NCBI GenBank assembly: GCA_002269645.1
Contig: NIVC01000432.1
Location: 341,003-405,002 of the forward strand
Reading direction: 5' to 3'
From: Macrostomum lignano
Lineage: Eukaryota
Length of the DNA stretch: 64,000 nt
Each line of letters starts with the position of its first letter. The first letter of the stretch is position 1. The translations under genes were made by a program, and so were the position numbers. Below are positions 40,103-52,483 of this stretch, piece after piece. The notes under the pieces were generated by a model. That model made no database searches, was not told where the DNA came from, and saw only the letters and a program-made list of their open reading frames with translations.

Positions 40103-42057
40103 TTAGGCATTCAAAAGTGGATTCGATCTCAATTGTAAGTCGCACCTTTCCGCACTTTTAGAATCTTTATTAACATCCCCAACCGCTTCCTGATGCTGCC
40201 GCTGTTCTCGATTTGATTTCATTTTCTTCACATAACAATATGCTGCAGAGATGAGAACAATGAGAATGATAATGAGACTAACAACAACAATAATCGTGAT
40301 CTGAACGGAGGCGGACATTGTGCTGCAGTCGGGAGCGGGTGGCTGTGGCGGCGGCATGTCGCAAGTTCTGAACAGCTGCGGTTGCGAGTCGCCTTTGGTT
40401 GCTGGGATCTGCTTGAACTCAATCAGCGCTGGCAGGCTCAAATCCATTGACTGACAAGTGAAAATTGGATTTTTGCTGCTGTCCCAGTGTACGGACAGGG
40501 CGCAGCGGCTGCAGCGGTCATTGTAGCTGGTGCTAGAATTGAATAATCTGTAAACAATATTTGACGATAAGATCGTTATATAGGTAGTAAGCAGCAAATT
40601 TCATAAAATTCTGTCATAATTATCTTACACCATCATGTTTCGAATACTCCGTATGCAGTTGTTCAACGGATCGGAGAAATCGGCCTCAACAGAGGCGCCA
40701 CTCGAGGGTTGGCTATCGTAGAAGTGAATGACATAGCCGGTCCACAGCTGCTGGGAGGACAGGGCGAGCGGAGACTTGAATGGGAGCTCCTTTGACCTTG
40801 CAGAGTCTGCAGCGATGCACAGATAGAGGACAATCAACAATGATAGCCAAGTTTCGTTACAGGTTCAACTGATAAAAATACGGTTAAGGAAACACCTTCA
40901 CACCTCAAAAAACACCCAGCTCTGAATAAAACTCACTCTGTTGAATGAACGGACGGAAAAAGTCTGAGTTGTTTCTGTTTTTAGGAACAGTGAAGACGTT
41001 GCCAAGATAATTCTTCGCGATGCTGAATGCCTCAGCAGGTGTCATAGGCTCAGGTGTTATCAGATAGCAGGAGCCCTCAAAGAACAGCATGTTCCTGTGG
41101 CAATAGTCTCTGCCCAGCACCTGCACATCCACCTGCACTCCCTTGGCGTTGGACCGGACTTGCTTATCGTCAGAGCGGAACTCCAAAGCCAGCTTGTACG
41201 ACCTGAGCAAAGGTAAGAGAGCAAATATGATGATGAATACTTCAGAGAATAACCAGTCCAAAATCACAGATGCTTCAAGACACTCACGAGTCCCACAAGT
41301 TCACGATTTGGCTCTTGACTTTCACTGATTTGTTTGAGCACCAGAACTCATTTCGGTACGTGGCTGAAATGCAGGAATGCAGTTTAAAACAGAAAATGAA
41401 GTATGTAAAATTATAATTCAAGTTGAGTTAAAATGGCTGAGAAACTCACTATCGTTCAGTTTTAAATTCAGGCTGAACACATCAGCCTTGGTATTGGAGA
41501 CATTGCACTGAGCCTCAGACACATCGTTGGTGTCAAAGTCGATAACGGGCACACGAATGTACATCTGTCTCGGTTTATCGTAGTTGGCAGGCTGCAGAGT
41601 CCACTTGCACTGCAGGTTCACCTGGTAGCCTGGCTCGTCTCGAACAAATGACAACACCTGAAGCGTAAAATTTCGAAAACTGTGTTTCGCATGATAGATT
41701 TAAGCAACGAATACCAATTCAATCACTGAGTACATTTATGAACATTAAAGTACACTACTTGAGCACACAAAACTAACTGAGGCTGAGTACAATTATGCAG
41801 TTGAGCCCTTTACCCGCTGTGGATTGTCGTCGCCGATCTCAACCTTAATATCCTTCAAGGCCTTATTCATGCAGTGCTGGTATTCAGATTTGACCATCGC
41901 TGAAAATAGTAAGCAAATATGGATCGATCTCCCTACAGAGAGTGTAAGAGAACTATTTAACCTGCCAAGTAGCAAATATTCAGCAAGAAAACTTACGAGT
42001 GCAGGACGCTAACAGAGTTAATGCGAAATAACAGCAGTAATAATTGACGATCTGCAT
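40103..42057 (-). CDS. Receptor copy A: signal peptide-CUB-C-type-lectin-like domain-TM-tail, intact, ~439 aa
   Basis: Exons 42057-41997, 41899-41814, 41657-41450, 41363-41288, 41202-40937, 40806-40629, 40547-40103 (1320 nt, phases consistent). CUB-like YQVNLQCKWTL..WCS..LEFRSD..KGVQV; CTLD-like YCHRNMLFFEGSCYLI..LWTGY..CALSVHW..FTC; TM VQITIIVVVSLIIILIVLISAAYCYV. Confidence 0.8.
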
Positions 42058-42299
42058 AGATATATGCGGGAGCTGAAACAGCAATAGAAATTTTTTAGGT
42101 TCTATGTGAATTTATACATACTTAATTTAAAAAAAATGTGCTTTAGTTTCTATTAATTTATTTCGCATTTATCGTTAACATTTTTTAGGAATAATTAAGT
42201 TTTCTTAAGTTTAAATGAGCTGTTGTTTTCCCGCCAATTTAAATTACGTTTTTTTGTGTCCTTCGCTCTCGTCGTGTGATTCGTCCGCCAAATTCGCGC

Positions 42300-42690
42300 C
42301 ATGTCTTTGATTAATTTTGCTTTCTATTGTGTCCCAAACTTCTTGAGTCATCAGATTGAATACTTTATCCTCTTGTAGTGAGGTTTTCAAAATTCGAAAC
42401 TTCACCTGAGATTTCCTGTTCAAATTTATCACGGGGAGTACTGTCAAAGTACACTTAACAGGAGCTTCAATTTCTAACCCCTATATGGCACTTTGGGCAA
42501 ATCCTATTGTCGTAAGGGATATCTGGTGTCGCAGTCCTCATTGTTTCGCAGGCCAAGTTTATGCTTTTTTGCTAGTCTAAACTGTGACAGGGGAGGCTTA
42601 AATTCTGAATTGGAAACTTCTAGTAGCTCGTATTTGTACAGAAACAATGCACTGTTGTTCCATTTAATAATCAGGTCTTCTAATGACTAA
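42300..42690 (-). mobile_element. Degenerate 3' end of a non-LTR retrotransposon ORF2 (C-terminal CCHC zinc-finger region)
   Basis: With frameshifts reads ..PLSQFRLAKKHKLGL..IPYDNRICPKCHIG..EIE..KC.., resembling the FRL..H.L..E.GR....R.C..C...E.E.H...C tail of LINE ORF2 proteins. Confidence 0.5.
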
Positions 42691-43099
42691 AACCATGCAA
42701 ACCACTTTACCACTAGCATACTATACACATTAAATCAGTATTTTTCTCTCAGGTTTGCTTTATTAGAAACTTACACGAAAAAGTCAACAGTAATGCTAAG
42801 ACGCTGATTTTTAAAAAAATTATAGCTCAAATCAATTTTTTTGTTTAAAAATTGTTTATAGAATGAAAAACCACTAATGACCTGGCACAAAAAGTAGACG
42901 CCATAGAAGACTATTAAAAAGCTAATTGTCAATAAAAAAATCAGTTCAAAATTCAGGAATATTACTGAATAGCGAATCACCGAAATTTTGCAAGCAGTTT
43001 TCAATAGTGACTTAACATAGCATTGAAGTTTAACACAAATTATCTTTATTAGCACAGTCAGAATAATAAAGTAATTTTGTTCGTAGTTAGTCCTCAAGA

Positions 43100-46030
43100 A
43101 TGTCCGTAGGCGAGTGCCAGGGATGTCTGTAGGCGATTCTCAGGGATGTCTGTAGGCGATTCTCAGGGATGTCTGTAGGCGATTGCCAGGGATGTCTGTA
43201 GGCGATTCTCAGGGATGTCTGTAGGCGATTGCCAGGGATGTCTGTAGGCGATTCTCAGGGATGTCTGTAGGCGATTGCCAGGGATGTCTGTAGGCGATTC
43301 TCAGGGATGTCTGTAGGCGATTCTCAGGGATGCCTGTACGCGATTGCCAGGGATGTCTGTAGGCGATTCTCAGGGATGTCTGTAGGCGATTCTCAGGGAT
43401 GTCTGTAGGCGATTCTCAGGGATGCCTGCAAGCGATTCCCAGGGATGTCTGCGGGTGATTCTCAGGGATGTCTGCGGGTGATTCTCAGGGATGTCTGCAG
43501 GCGATTCTCAGGGATGTCTGTAGGTGATTCTCAGGGATGTCTGCAAGCGATTCTCAGGGATGTCTGTAGCTGATTCTCAGGGATGTCTGCAGGTGATTCT
43601 CAGGGATGTCTGTAGGCGATTCTCAGGGATGTCTGTAGGCGATTCTCAGGGATGTCTGCGGGTGATTCTCAGGGATGTCTGCAGGCGATGCTCAGGGATG
43701 TCTGCAGGCGATTCTCAGGGATGTCTGTAGGCGATTGCCAGGGATGTCTGTAGGCGATTCTCAGGGATGTCTGTAGGCGATTGCCAGGGATGTCTGTAGG
43801 CGATTCTCAGGGATGTCTGCGGGTGATTCTCAGGGATGTCTGCAGGCGATTCTCAGGGATGTCTGTAGGCGATTCTCAGGGATGTCTGCAAGCGATTCTC
43901 AGGGATGTCTGCGGGCGATTCTCAGGGATGTCTGTAGGCGATTCTCAGGGATGTCTGTAGGCGATTCTCAGGGATGCCTGTAGCTGATTCTCAGGGATGT
44001 CTGTAGGCGATTCTCAGGGATGTCTGTAGGCGATTGCCAGGGATGTCTGTAGGCGATTCTCAGGGATGCCTGTAGGCGATTGCCAGGGATGTCTGTAGGC
44101 GATTCTCAGGGATGTCTGTAGGCGATTGCCAGGGATGTCTGTAGGCGATTCTCAGGGATGTCTGTAGGCGATTCTCAGGGATGCCTGTAGGCGATTGCCA
44201 GGGATGTCTGTAGGCGATTCTCAGGGATGTCTGTAGGCGATTGCCAGGGATGTCTGTAGGCGATTCTCAGGGATGTCTGTAGGCGATTCTCAGGGATGCC
44301 TGTAGGCGATTGCCAGGGATGTCTGTAGGCGATTCTCAGGGATGTCTGCAAGCGATTCTCAGGGATGTCTGCGGGTGATTCTCAGGGATGTCTGCGGGTG
44401 ATTCTCAGGGATGTCTGCAGGCGATTCTCAGGGATGTCTGTAGGCGATTCCCAGGGATGTCTGCGGGTGATTCTCAGGGATGTCTGCGGGTGATTCTCAG
44501 GGATGTCTGCGGGTGATTCTCAGGGATGTCTGCAGGTGATTCTCAGGTATGTCTGCAGGCGATTCTCAGGGATGTCTGTAGGCGATTGCCAGGGATGTCT
44601 GTAGGCGATTCTCAGGGATGTCTGTAGGCGATTCTCAGGAATGTCTGCGGGTGATTCTCAGGGATGTCTGCAGGCGATTCTCAGGGATGTCTGTAGGCGA
44701 TTGCCAGGGATGTCTGTAGCTGATTCTCAGGGATGTCTGTAGGCGATTGCCAGGGATGTCTGTAGGCGATTCTCAGGGATGTCTGTAGGCGATTCTCAGG
44801 GATGCCTGTAGGCGATTGCCAGGGATGTCTGTAGGCGATTCTCAGGGATGTCTGCAAGCGATTCTCAGGGATGTCTGCGGGTGATTCTCAGGGATGTCTG
44901 CGGGTGATTCTCAGGGATGTCTGCAGGCGATTCTCAGGGATGTCTGTAGGCGATTCTCAGGGATGTCTGCAAGCGATTCTCAGGGATGTCTGCGGGTGAT
45001 TCTCAGGGATGTCTGCGGGTGATTCTCAGGGATGTCTGCAGGTGATTCTCAGGTATGTCTGCAGGCGATTCTCAGGGATGTCTGTAGGCGATTGCCAGGG
45101 ATGTCTGTAGGCGATTCTCAGGGATGTCTGTAGGCGATTCTCAGGGATGTCTGCGGGTGATTCTCAGGGATGTCTGCAGGCGATTCTCAGGGATGTCTGT
45201 AGGCGATTGCCAGGGATGTCTGTAGCTGATTCTCAGGGATGTCTGTAGGCGATTGCCAGGGATGTCTGTAGGCGATTCTCAAGAGTGTCTGTAGCTGATT
45301 CTCAGGGATGTCTGTAGCTGATTTTCAGGGATGTCTGCAAGCGATTCTCAGGGATGTCTGCGGGTGATTCTCAGGGATGTCTGCGGGTGATTCTCAGGGA
45401 TGTCTGCGGGTGATTCTCAGGGATGTCTGCAGGCGATTCTCAGGGATGTCTGTAGGCGATTCTCAGGGATGTCTGTAGGCGATTCTCAGGGATGTCTGCG
45501 GGTGATTCTCAGGGATGTCTGCGGGTGATTCTCAGGGATGTCTGCAGGTGATTCTCAGGTATGTCTGCAGGCGATTCTCAGGGATGTCTGTAGGCGATTG
45601 CCAGGGATGTCTGTAGGCGATTCTCAGGGATGTCTGTAGGCGATTCTCAGGGATGTCTGCGGGTGATTCTCAGGGATGTCTGCAGGCGATTCTCAGGGAT
45701 GTCTGTAGGCGATTGCCAGGGATGTCTGTAGCTGATTCTCAGGGATGTCTGTAGGCGATTGCCAGGGATGTCTGTAGGCGATTCTCAGGGATGTCTGTAG
45801 GCGATTCTCAGGGATGTCTGTAGGCGATTCTCAGGGATGTCTGCGGGTGATTCTCAGGGATGTCTGCAGGCGATTCTCAGGGATGTCTGTAGGCGATTGC
45901 CAGGGATGTCTGTAGCTGATTCTCAGGGATGTCTGTAGGCGATTGCCAGGGATGTCTGTAGGCGATTCTCAAGAGTGTCTGTAGCTGATTCTCAGGGATG
46001 TCTGTAGCTGATTTTCAGGGATGTCTTTAG
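43100..46030. repeat. Large minisatellite, 23 bp unit (CAGGGATGTCTGTAGGCGATTCT), ~2.9 kb
   Basis: Visible tandem array directly downstream of receptor copy B. Confidence 0.97.
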
Positions 46031-46312
46031 GCAATACAGAATATTGAAATTGCACTGTTGCTGAAAAAATATAAATCATTCTCAAACAAGCAAATACTGT
46101 ATAATTTGAACGCATCGAAATTGGCGAAGTCCACACAAAACATGCAGACAGGAGCCAAAATATATTGAATAAGGCATGGCCCGAAAAGATTACAGGTGGG
46201 AAAAAATACAGCAAAAGTGACCACCAAAAAAGGTATTGCATCGGTCAACAACAACAGCAACAGCACAACACGGGCTCGATTCCGTCTAAAGCCATAAGCA
46301 GAAACGACATGT

Positions 46313-49300
46313 TTAATTCCGATTAAGTTTCTCATCTACAACGTGCGCAAAGGAACGCCAAGCAGTTAGTTTAGTGCATGGGACTGCGTCTCCTACTCGT
46401 ATATGAACACTTTTGAGGCTGGCAAGTTGTTCGAGGCTAAGCTCTTGTTGTTGTTGTTTTTCTTGTTCTTGTTGGTAACCATTATTATCATTATTACTTC
46501 GAAGTACTACTATAATTACTTTTGGTTGTTGCATGCCGCTATTGTTGTTCTTGATGACTAAGCTATCGGTATTTTTGGTATTGGATGTTGAGCTGTTGCT
46601 CTTGCAGGTTGAATTGCTGAAGCAGGAGGCTGACCTGCTGCTGTTGGAGGCTGAGCTGCTGCTGTTGGAGGCTGAGCTGCTGCTGTTGGAGGCTGAGCTG
46701 CTGCTGTTGGAGGCTGAGCTGCTGCTGTTGGAGGCTGAGCTGCTGTTGCATCAGGCTCAGCTGTTGACGTTGGAGACTGAGTTGTTGTCGCTGTAGATTG
46801 AGCTGCTGTTCTTGAGGCCGAGTTGTTGTTGGAAACAGACGGAACGACGGCAGCGTGTCGCAAGTGGTGAACAGCTGCGGATGCAGGTCACCTTTTGTTG
46901 CAGGAATCTGCTTCAACTCGATCATGGCTGGCAGTTTAGATTCCATGGATTCGCAGGTGAAATTCACCGAGCCACCGCTGCCCCAATGCATGGCCACAGC
47001 ACAACGGTCGAAGTATTCGAATTTCGAGCTCGATTTGAAAAATCTGAAAGCAAAAAATATTAAAATCACCGATAAATGCAACAGATAGCAGTTAAGAGAT
47101 AACACTGAGGCTTTCAAGCTTCGACCTCTACTCTCTGTCACGGCTACGCACAACAGTACATCAGTAAGTAGCTCATACTGCTTACACAGAAAAGTTTCTC
47201 AGAGCAACACCGCAACCGGCCTGCGGGTCGCAGTACTGGGCAGACTTGAAAACGGCAGGCGGACTGCTAGACAAAATATCTATGAAATAGCCGGTCCACA
47301 TGGAGCCAGTCAGGCGGAGCGGAGACTCGAATGGGAACTCGCCAGCTCTGTCCGAGTCTGCAATGATTGGGATACCAACAAATCGATCAACAGGCGATAA
47401 AGCATGCCATATAATAAACGCAATACTAACGCAATACGCCTGACAATGCCTCAGCAGGTGTCAGGCGCTCAGGTGTTATCAGATAGCAGGAGCCCTCAAA
47501 GAACAGCATGGTCCTGTGGCAATAGTCTCTGCCCAGCACCTGCACATCCACCTGCACTCCCTTGGCGTTGGACCGGACTTGCTTATCGTCAGAGCGGAAC
47601 TCCAAAGCCAGCTTGTACGACCTGAGCAAAGGTAAGAGAGCAAATATGATACTGAATACTTCAGAGAATAAACAGTCCGAAATCACAGATGCTTCAAGAC
47701 ACTCACGAGTCCCACAAGTTCACGATTTGGCTCTTGACTTTCACTGATTTGTTTGAGCACCAGGACTCATTTCGGTACGTTGCTGAAATGAAGGAATACA
47801 GTTAAAAAACAAAAAATGAAGTTCGTAAAATTATAATTCAAGCTAAACTGAAACGGCTGAGAAACTCACTATCGTTCAGTTTTAACTTCAGGCTGAACAC
47901 ATCAGCCTTGGTATTAGAGACATTGCACTGAGCCTCAGACACATCGTTGGTGTCAAAGTCGATAACGGGCACACGAATGTACATCTGCCTCGGTTTATCG
48001 TAGTTGGCAGGCTGCAGAGTCCACTTGCACTGCAGGTTCACCTGGTAGCCTGGCTCGTCTCGAACAAATGACAACACCTGAAGCGTAATTTTTTGAAGAA
48101 TTGTGTTTCGCATGGTAAATCCAAGTTGCATATTTGTTTATCTATTAGTGCATTTCTGTTGGAAAAGTTATGCACCTGCAGAGGCATAAAAGGTGAGCGA
48201 GGTGCACAAAAGAGGCACTTTGGTGGCCTATTTCGTGTGTGTTTTAGAAATGCACCTGAGTGCACCTTTTATGCCTAAATGTAACCAATATTTTTGAAAA
48301 GAGGCATGAAAGGTGTAAAATAGGTGAAGTGGTCAGGCAGTAGGTGAATTCTCACTTTTGATTGGTTGCGGCGGTAGGGGCAGTAAAGGTGCGTAAGGGG
48401 CACTGGAGGTGCGCAAAAGGTGAACAGTAGGCTCAAAAGTGAGGCACAGCAGGTGCAGGAAAGATGCTGAAGGGGCGCAGAAAGTGCACGAAAGGTGAAT
48501 TAGAGGTGCATAAGGTGTACATGTGCGCCGTAAATATGTATACAGGTGCATTTCCAAAACACGCTCGAAATAGACCCCTAAAGTGCCTCTTCTGTGCACC
48601 TCGCTCACCTTTCATGCCTATACACGAATTAACGCATTAAGAATTCGTAACAAAAAATTAACTGAGAGTTACATACTCGTATATTGCACGCACAGATTAA
48701 ACATAGAAAAGCTTAATTTACACCTATACTAATCGCTGCTATCCCCTTCCTGATCCTGACAAACCTAAACAAAACATTTCCTATACTGATAAGTTTTAAT
48801 GACTTTCAAATACTCAGGAAAAGCTCCGAAAAGTGATGAAAAGGTTTGCATTAGTGAGTAAAAACTTCGAATAGTGAGAAAAGGTAGCAAAGAACTTCGC
48901 CAGTTGAAACTTTAACGCCCCTTGCATTGCCTCTACGCCTAAAGTGCCCACTTTTTTTAAATAAAAATAAAGTGCCCACTGTGCACCTTTTATTCACCTT
49001 TCGTGCCTCCAGTGCACACTGTACACCTTTTATGCACCTCCACCGCAGCGCACCTTTTTTTCACCTTTCACTCCACCAATGCCCCCAATTCCTACTTTGT
49101 TCACCTTTTGTGCCTCAACGCACACTGTGCACCTTTTATGCACCTAAATCCCCTACGACACCTGTGCTCCTACCGCCTAGTTCGTGCCTTAAATTCACCT
49201 TCCGCCCCTGCAGAGGCACTCAGGTGAACACGCGGTGCACAAGTGGCACAAAATAGGCATAAGAGAGGCGAAAGTGAGGCAGAAGGTGCAAAACTCTTCA

Positions 49301-49671
49301 CCTTTCATGCCTACTTTAAAAACTCAAAATCCAACGGGATTGTCACTTAAGTCAGCTCAATGAGCATTCAAGCATTGAGCACATAAAACTAACTGAGGCT
49401 GAGCACAATTATGCAGTTAAGACGTTTACCCGCTGTGGATTGTCGTCGCCGATCTCAACGCTAATATCTTTCAAATGCCTTTCTATACAGTGCTGAGCTT
49501 CCGATCTGACCGTGACTGTAAAATAGTAAACAAATATAGATAGACTTGCCAACACGGAGTGTAAGAGAATTGTTTAACCTGTCATATAGCAAATATTCAA
49601 CAACAAGACTTACGGATGCAGGCCGCAAACAGAGTAAAGGCTGAATAAAAGCAGCAAATAAGGAGCTTCAT
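46313..49671 (-). pseudogene. Receptor copy B: disrupted (exon-5 deletion with donor loss, exon-7 frameshift, no clear TM)
   Basis: Exons 49671-49614, 49515-49430, 48077-47870, 47782-47707 intact; exon 5 from 47621 hits TAG at 47426; exon 6 47357-47186; exon 7 from 47043 runs into a 21 bp repeat in a frame different from the TAEP stalk frame of copy C. Confidence 0.75.
48181..49312. mobile_element. Nested palindromic insertion(s) in intron 2 of copy B with AGGCATRAAAGGTG...CACCTTTYATGCCT ends
   Basis: Terminal motif at 48181 and 48302 and inverted at ~48264, ~48607 and ~49299; intron 2 is 1352 bp here versus 156 bp in copy A. Confidence 0.65.
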
Positions 49672-49936
49672 ATTGGCGGAAGCTGAAATAATACAGAATA
49701 GTTGTTGATTATTGCACACTACGCTCGTAAATTTGTTATTGGCATGGATTTGAAACAGGAACAGCATCACAATTGTAATTAGCTACAAAAAATTAAACCT
49801 ATACCTACTGTATGTCTCTTACAGCAATCTACCGTACATTGCCAGAATCCTACAGCACTAAACCAAGTATATGGACCATTATCATCATAGAGAGTGAAGT
49901 ACTTCAACAGTGACCGACAAGAGCTCTCTAAGAATA

Positions 49937-50727
49937 TTAAATATCGCTTTTTGCAGCTTATTTGGGCTTACGCGCATTGAATTTAATCCAATATAGGTTT
50001 GCCAATGTAACGGAGCTTTTGTCTATGGTAGCAAGGCTGGCACAGCGGCATTTGATTTAGTCCAACAAGCATCAATTTGGTCCAAATTCTTGTGAGCCAA
50101 TGGCAAACCCTTGCCTTCTCGCAACCGCCTAAGGGTTGTTGCGCACCGCTGGAAGGTCAGCGTCTCTACCAGCAATTTTCAGTCGCTTTTCCATAGCTCT
50201 GCTGATAGTCAGAATCTGATAACCAACTGGAACTGTTCCTTCAACTGCTGCTGCATTTTCTGCAACGTCAAAAAAGGGTTCGTCTCAATTGCATTAAGTA
50301 GCAGTTGGACCTGAGTCTCTAGCAAATTGCCTTGGCGATTGCCACCTTTCACAGGCGACCTATGCCAGAAGTGGTTTCAACACGCTGATGGATGCTGTAA
50401 ACCATCTTTCTTCTATATTCAGCAACCTTGCAATGTCCTTTGGGTGTTCACCTCTGTTGAGTGCTTTGATCACAAGCCAGTGGCATACGTTCGACAACCT
50501 AGCATGGTTCACAATTCTGGGGCTGATCTTGCTCCACCGCAACAGTTGCAAATGAAGCTATGGACCAAATTGATGCTTGTTGGACCAGATTAAGTGCCGC
50601 TGTGGCAGCCTTGCTACCATAGACAAAAGCTCCGTTACATTGGTAAACCTTGGGTACCTTGGGTAAACCTATATTGGATTAAATTAAATGCGCGTAAGCC
50701 CAAATGGGCTGCAAAAAGCTATATTAA
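49937..50727 (-). mobile_element. IS630/Tc1/mariner-derived non-autonomous element with ~155 bp TIRs and a degenerate transposase N-terminal HTH fragment
   Basis: Arms 49937-~50095 and ~50562-50727 are reverse complements. Interior minus strand with stops and frameshifts reads IKALNRGEHPKDIARLLNIEER..KGGNRQGNLLETQVQLLLNAIETNPFLTLQKMQQQLKEQF..TISRAMEKRLK. Confidence 0.65.
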
Positions 50728-51066
50728 ATGTAATCTAAAATAAAAAGAAGTAGCTGGTTAATTTATAGTAGCTTTGAAAATAAAAAAAATTAAAATTTTG
50801 CTTTATAGCAGGACTATTTTGTTTGTTAAGTACACTTTTAACTATAAGAGGATTACCACTGCAATAGACATCGGACAGAAATTAGGACACGCAAAGTAAA
50901 ATCTTTAAAAAGCAAAAATACTGCGTTGAATACTTTACTATTTATTTATATCTTCTTAGCTATTCACAGCGTTTATCGCAATGTCCATTAAGTCATTATT
51001 AAAAACTTAAAATATCATGTTAATACTGTGGTGTTGAGAATAAAAGTACAAAAGAGATAACTGAAA

Positions 51067-51631
51067 GGGCTGTCCGGAAAAAAATGTTACTTTTGATCGC
51101 AGCTCATCGTTAGTAAACCACAGGCCCACTCATTTGGTGTCGCTGGAAAGCGACAAGTGTCTTCTTTAAAATAAGTGTACTTTCAGAGGCTTTGGATTAG
51201 CAGTTTCAGAGACATGGTCATTTGAGTAGAGCAAGGTTAGTCATAGATTTGCACAACCTCCCGTATCTGCTAATAGCCACGTGCAGCTACGATATATTGG
51301 TTTTTTGCACACGTTCGTTGTCTATGGTCAAAAAGTGATGCAGTAAATGGGAGACTACCTACAGCAGCCCCTTGTTCAATTTTCAACTGTCAAATGGACG
51401 TCCATTCAGATATTTTTTGTAGATGCTTGCGGTTTTATACGTCCATAACTGACCTTGCTCTACTCAACTAATCACATCTCTGACAGTGCTCATCCAAAGC
51501 CGCTGAAATAAAAACTATTTTAAAGAAGACACTTACCGCTTTTCATCAACACCAAATGTCTGGGCCTGCGGTTTACATTAATGAGGAGATACAATCAACA
51601 GTAAAAGTGCTCTCCGGACTCCGGACAGCCC
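51067..51631. mobile_element. Old MITE-like element with GGGCTGTCCGGA termini and ~190 bp diverged inverted arms
   Basis: Terminal 12-mer perfectly inverted (51067-51078, 51620-51631); internal GTGTCTTCTTTAAAATA and TTGAGTAGAGCAAGG also inverted. No TSD seen. Confidence 0.6.
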
Positions 51632-52099
51632 TCTCGTAAAAAATTACAAATGCTAGAATAAAATAAAAGTAGGCAGTTAAAAATAGCTACCAAATATTGA
51701 TGATTAGAAAGCATCGGAAGTACCGAATACACAAAAACAGTCAACAGGATGTATAATGTACTCTGGAACATCAAGTTAAAAGCCTAATAAGTGCAATACA
51801 GATGCGCGTTTACCACTGAGCTGCTCTGTCTCTATGCATCTAAGCACATTTGTTATCTTGAGGTAGTCAGCAATCTTGCGATAGATATTTTGAATGCTCA
51901 CCTCTGACAAAATTTGAAATTTTCTCCAGTCTTCACGGTTCTGGGGCTGATTTTACTATTGAGCAGCAGCAGTTTACGCGATGTGGTTTGAAGTCCTAAT
52001 TGGCCAAACCTATGCACATAGATCTGTTTGCTTTAAGTTCAGCTGCTAGGCTGCACTAGGCCAACATAAAGGCCAACACTAGGCTGCAAGAGACCTTTA

Positions 52100-52483
52100 T
52101 TAAACTACATAAACACTGTTTGCAGTATACACAGGATTGCTTGCATGCTTTCGAAGAGGCATTACGACTTGTGCAGTGTTATTAACCTGCGGAAAAGCGT
52201 TGCGCCTCTTATAAACTATCCTTGCCACTTTGTAACAAATCAGCGTTGTCGATACAACGAATAAAACAACTAGTGCGCCAATGATTATCGCAATAGCAAA
52301 ACTAGCCTCTTCAGACGTAGGAGGATGGTGTAGGTTGACACTAGTGGATACTGTTGTCGACATTGGCTTTAATTTCAACGTACTGTCAACGTACAGCGCT
52401 CGATCAAATTCTCCAGGGTCGCGGCTCTGTCTGTTATCAGTAGCACTGGAGTTAATAAATGCGAAGAAGCGATTAATACGCAA
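52100..52483 (-). CDS. Orphan stalk-TM-cytoplasmic tail segment ending NPVYTANSVYVV*; probable terminal exon or pseudogene of another membrane receptor
   Basis: 127 aa ORF with S/T-rich stalk, 23-residue hydrophobic helix, basic stop-transfer residues and NPxY; upstream 52500-52650 shows only broken CTLD-like peptides. Confidence 0.5.
   Translation of the reverse strand: MRINRFFAFINSSATDNRQSRDPGEFDRALYVDSTLKLKPMSTTVSTSVNLHHPPTSEEASFAIAIIIGALVVLFVVSTTLICYKVARIVYKRRNAFPQVNNTAQVVMPLRKHASNPVYTANSVYVV

Noticed and set aside
42771-43097. 108 aa hydrophobic ORF
   Set aside because: AT-rich low-complexity sequence with a non-ATG start; hydrophobicity is explained by T-rich codons.
45969-46335. Two overlapping hydrophobic ORFs downstream of copy B as its missing TM
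   Set aside because: Not in frame with any copy B stalk frame without further unsupported shifts, and no similarity to the TMs of A, C or D.
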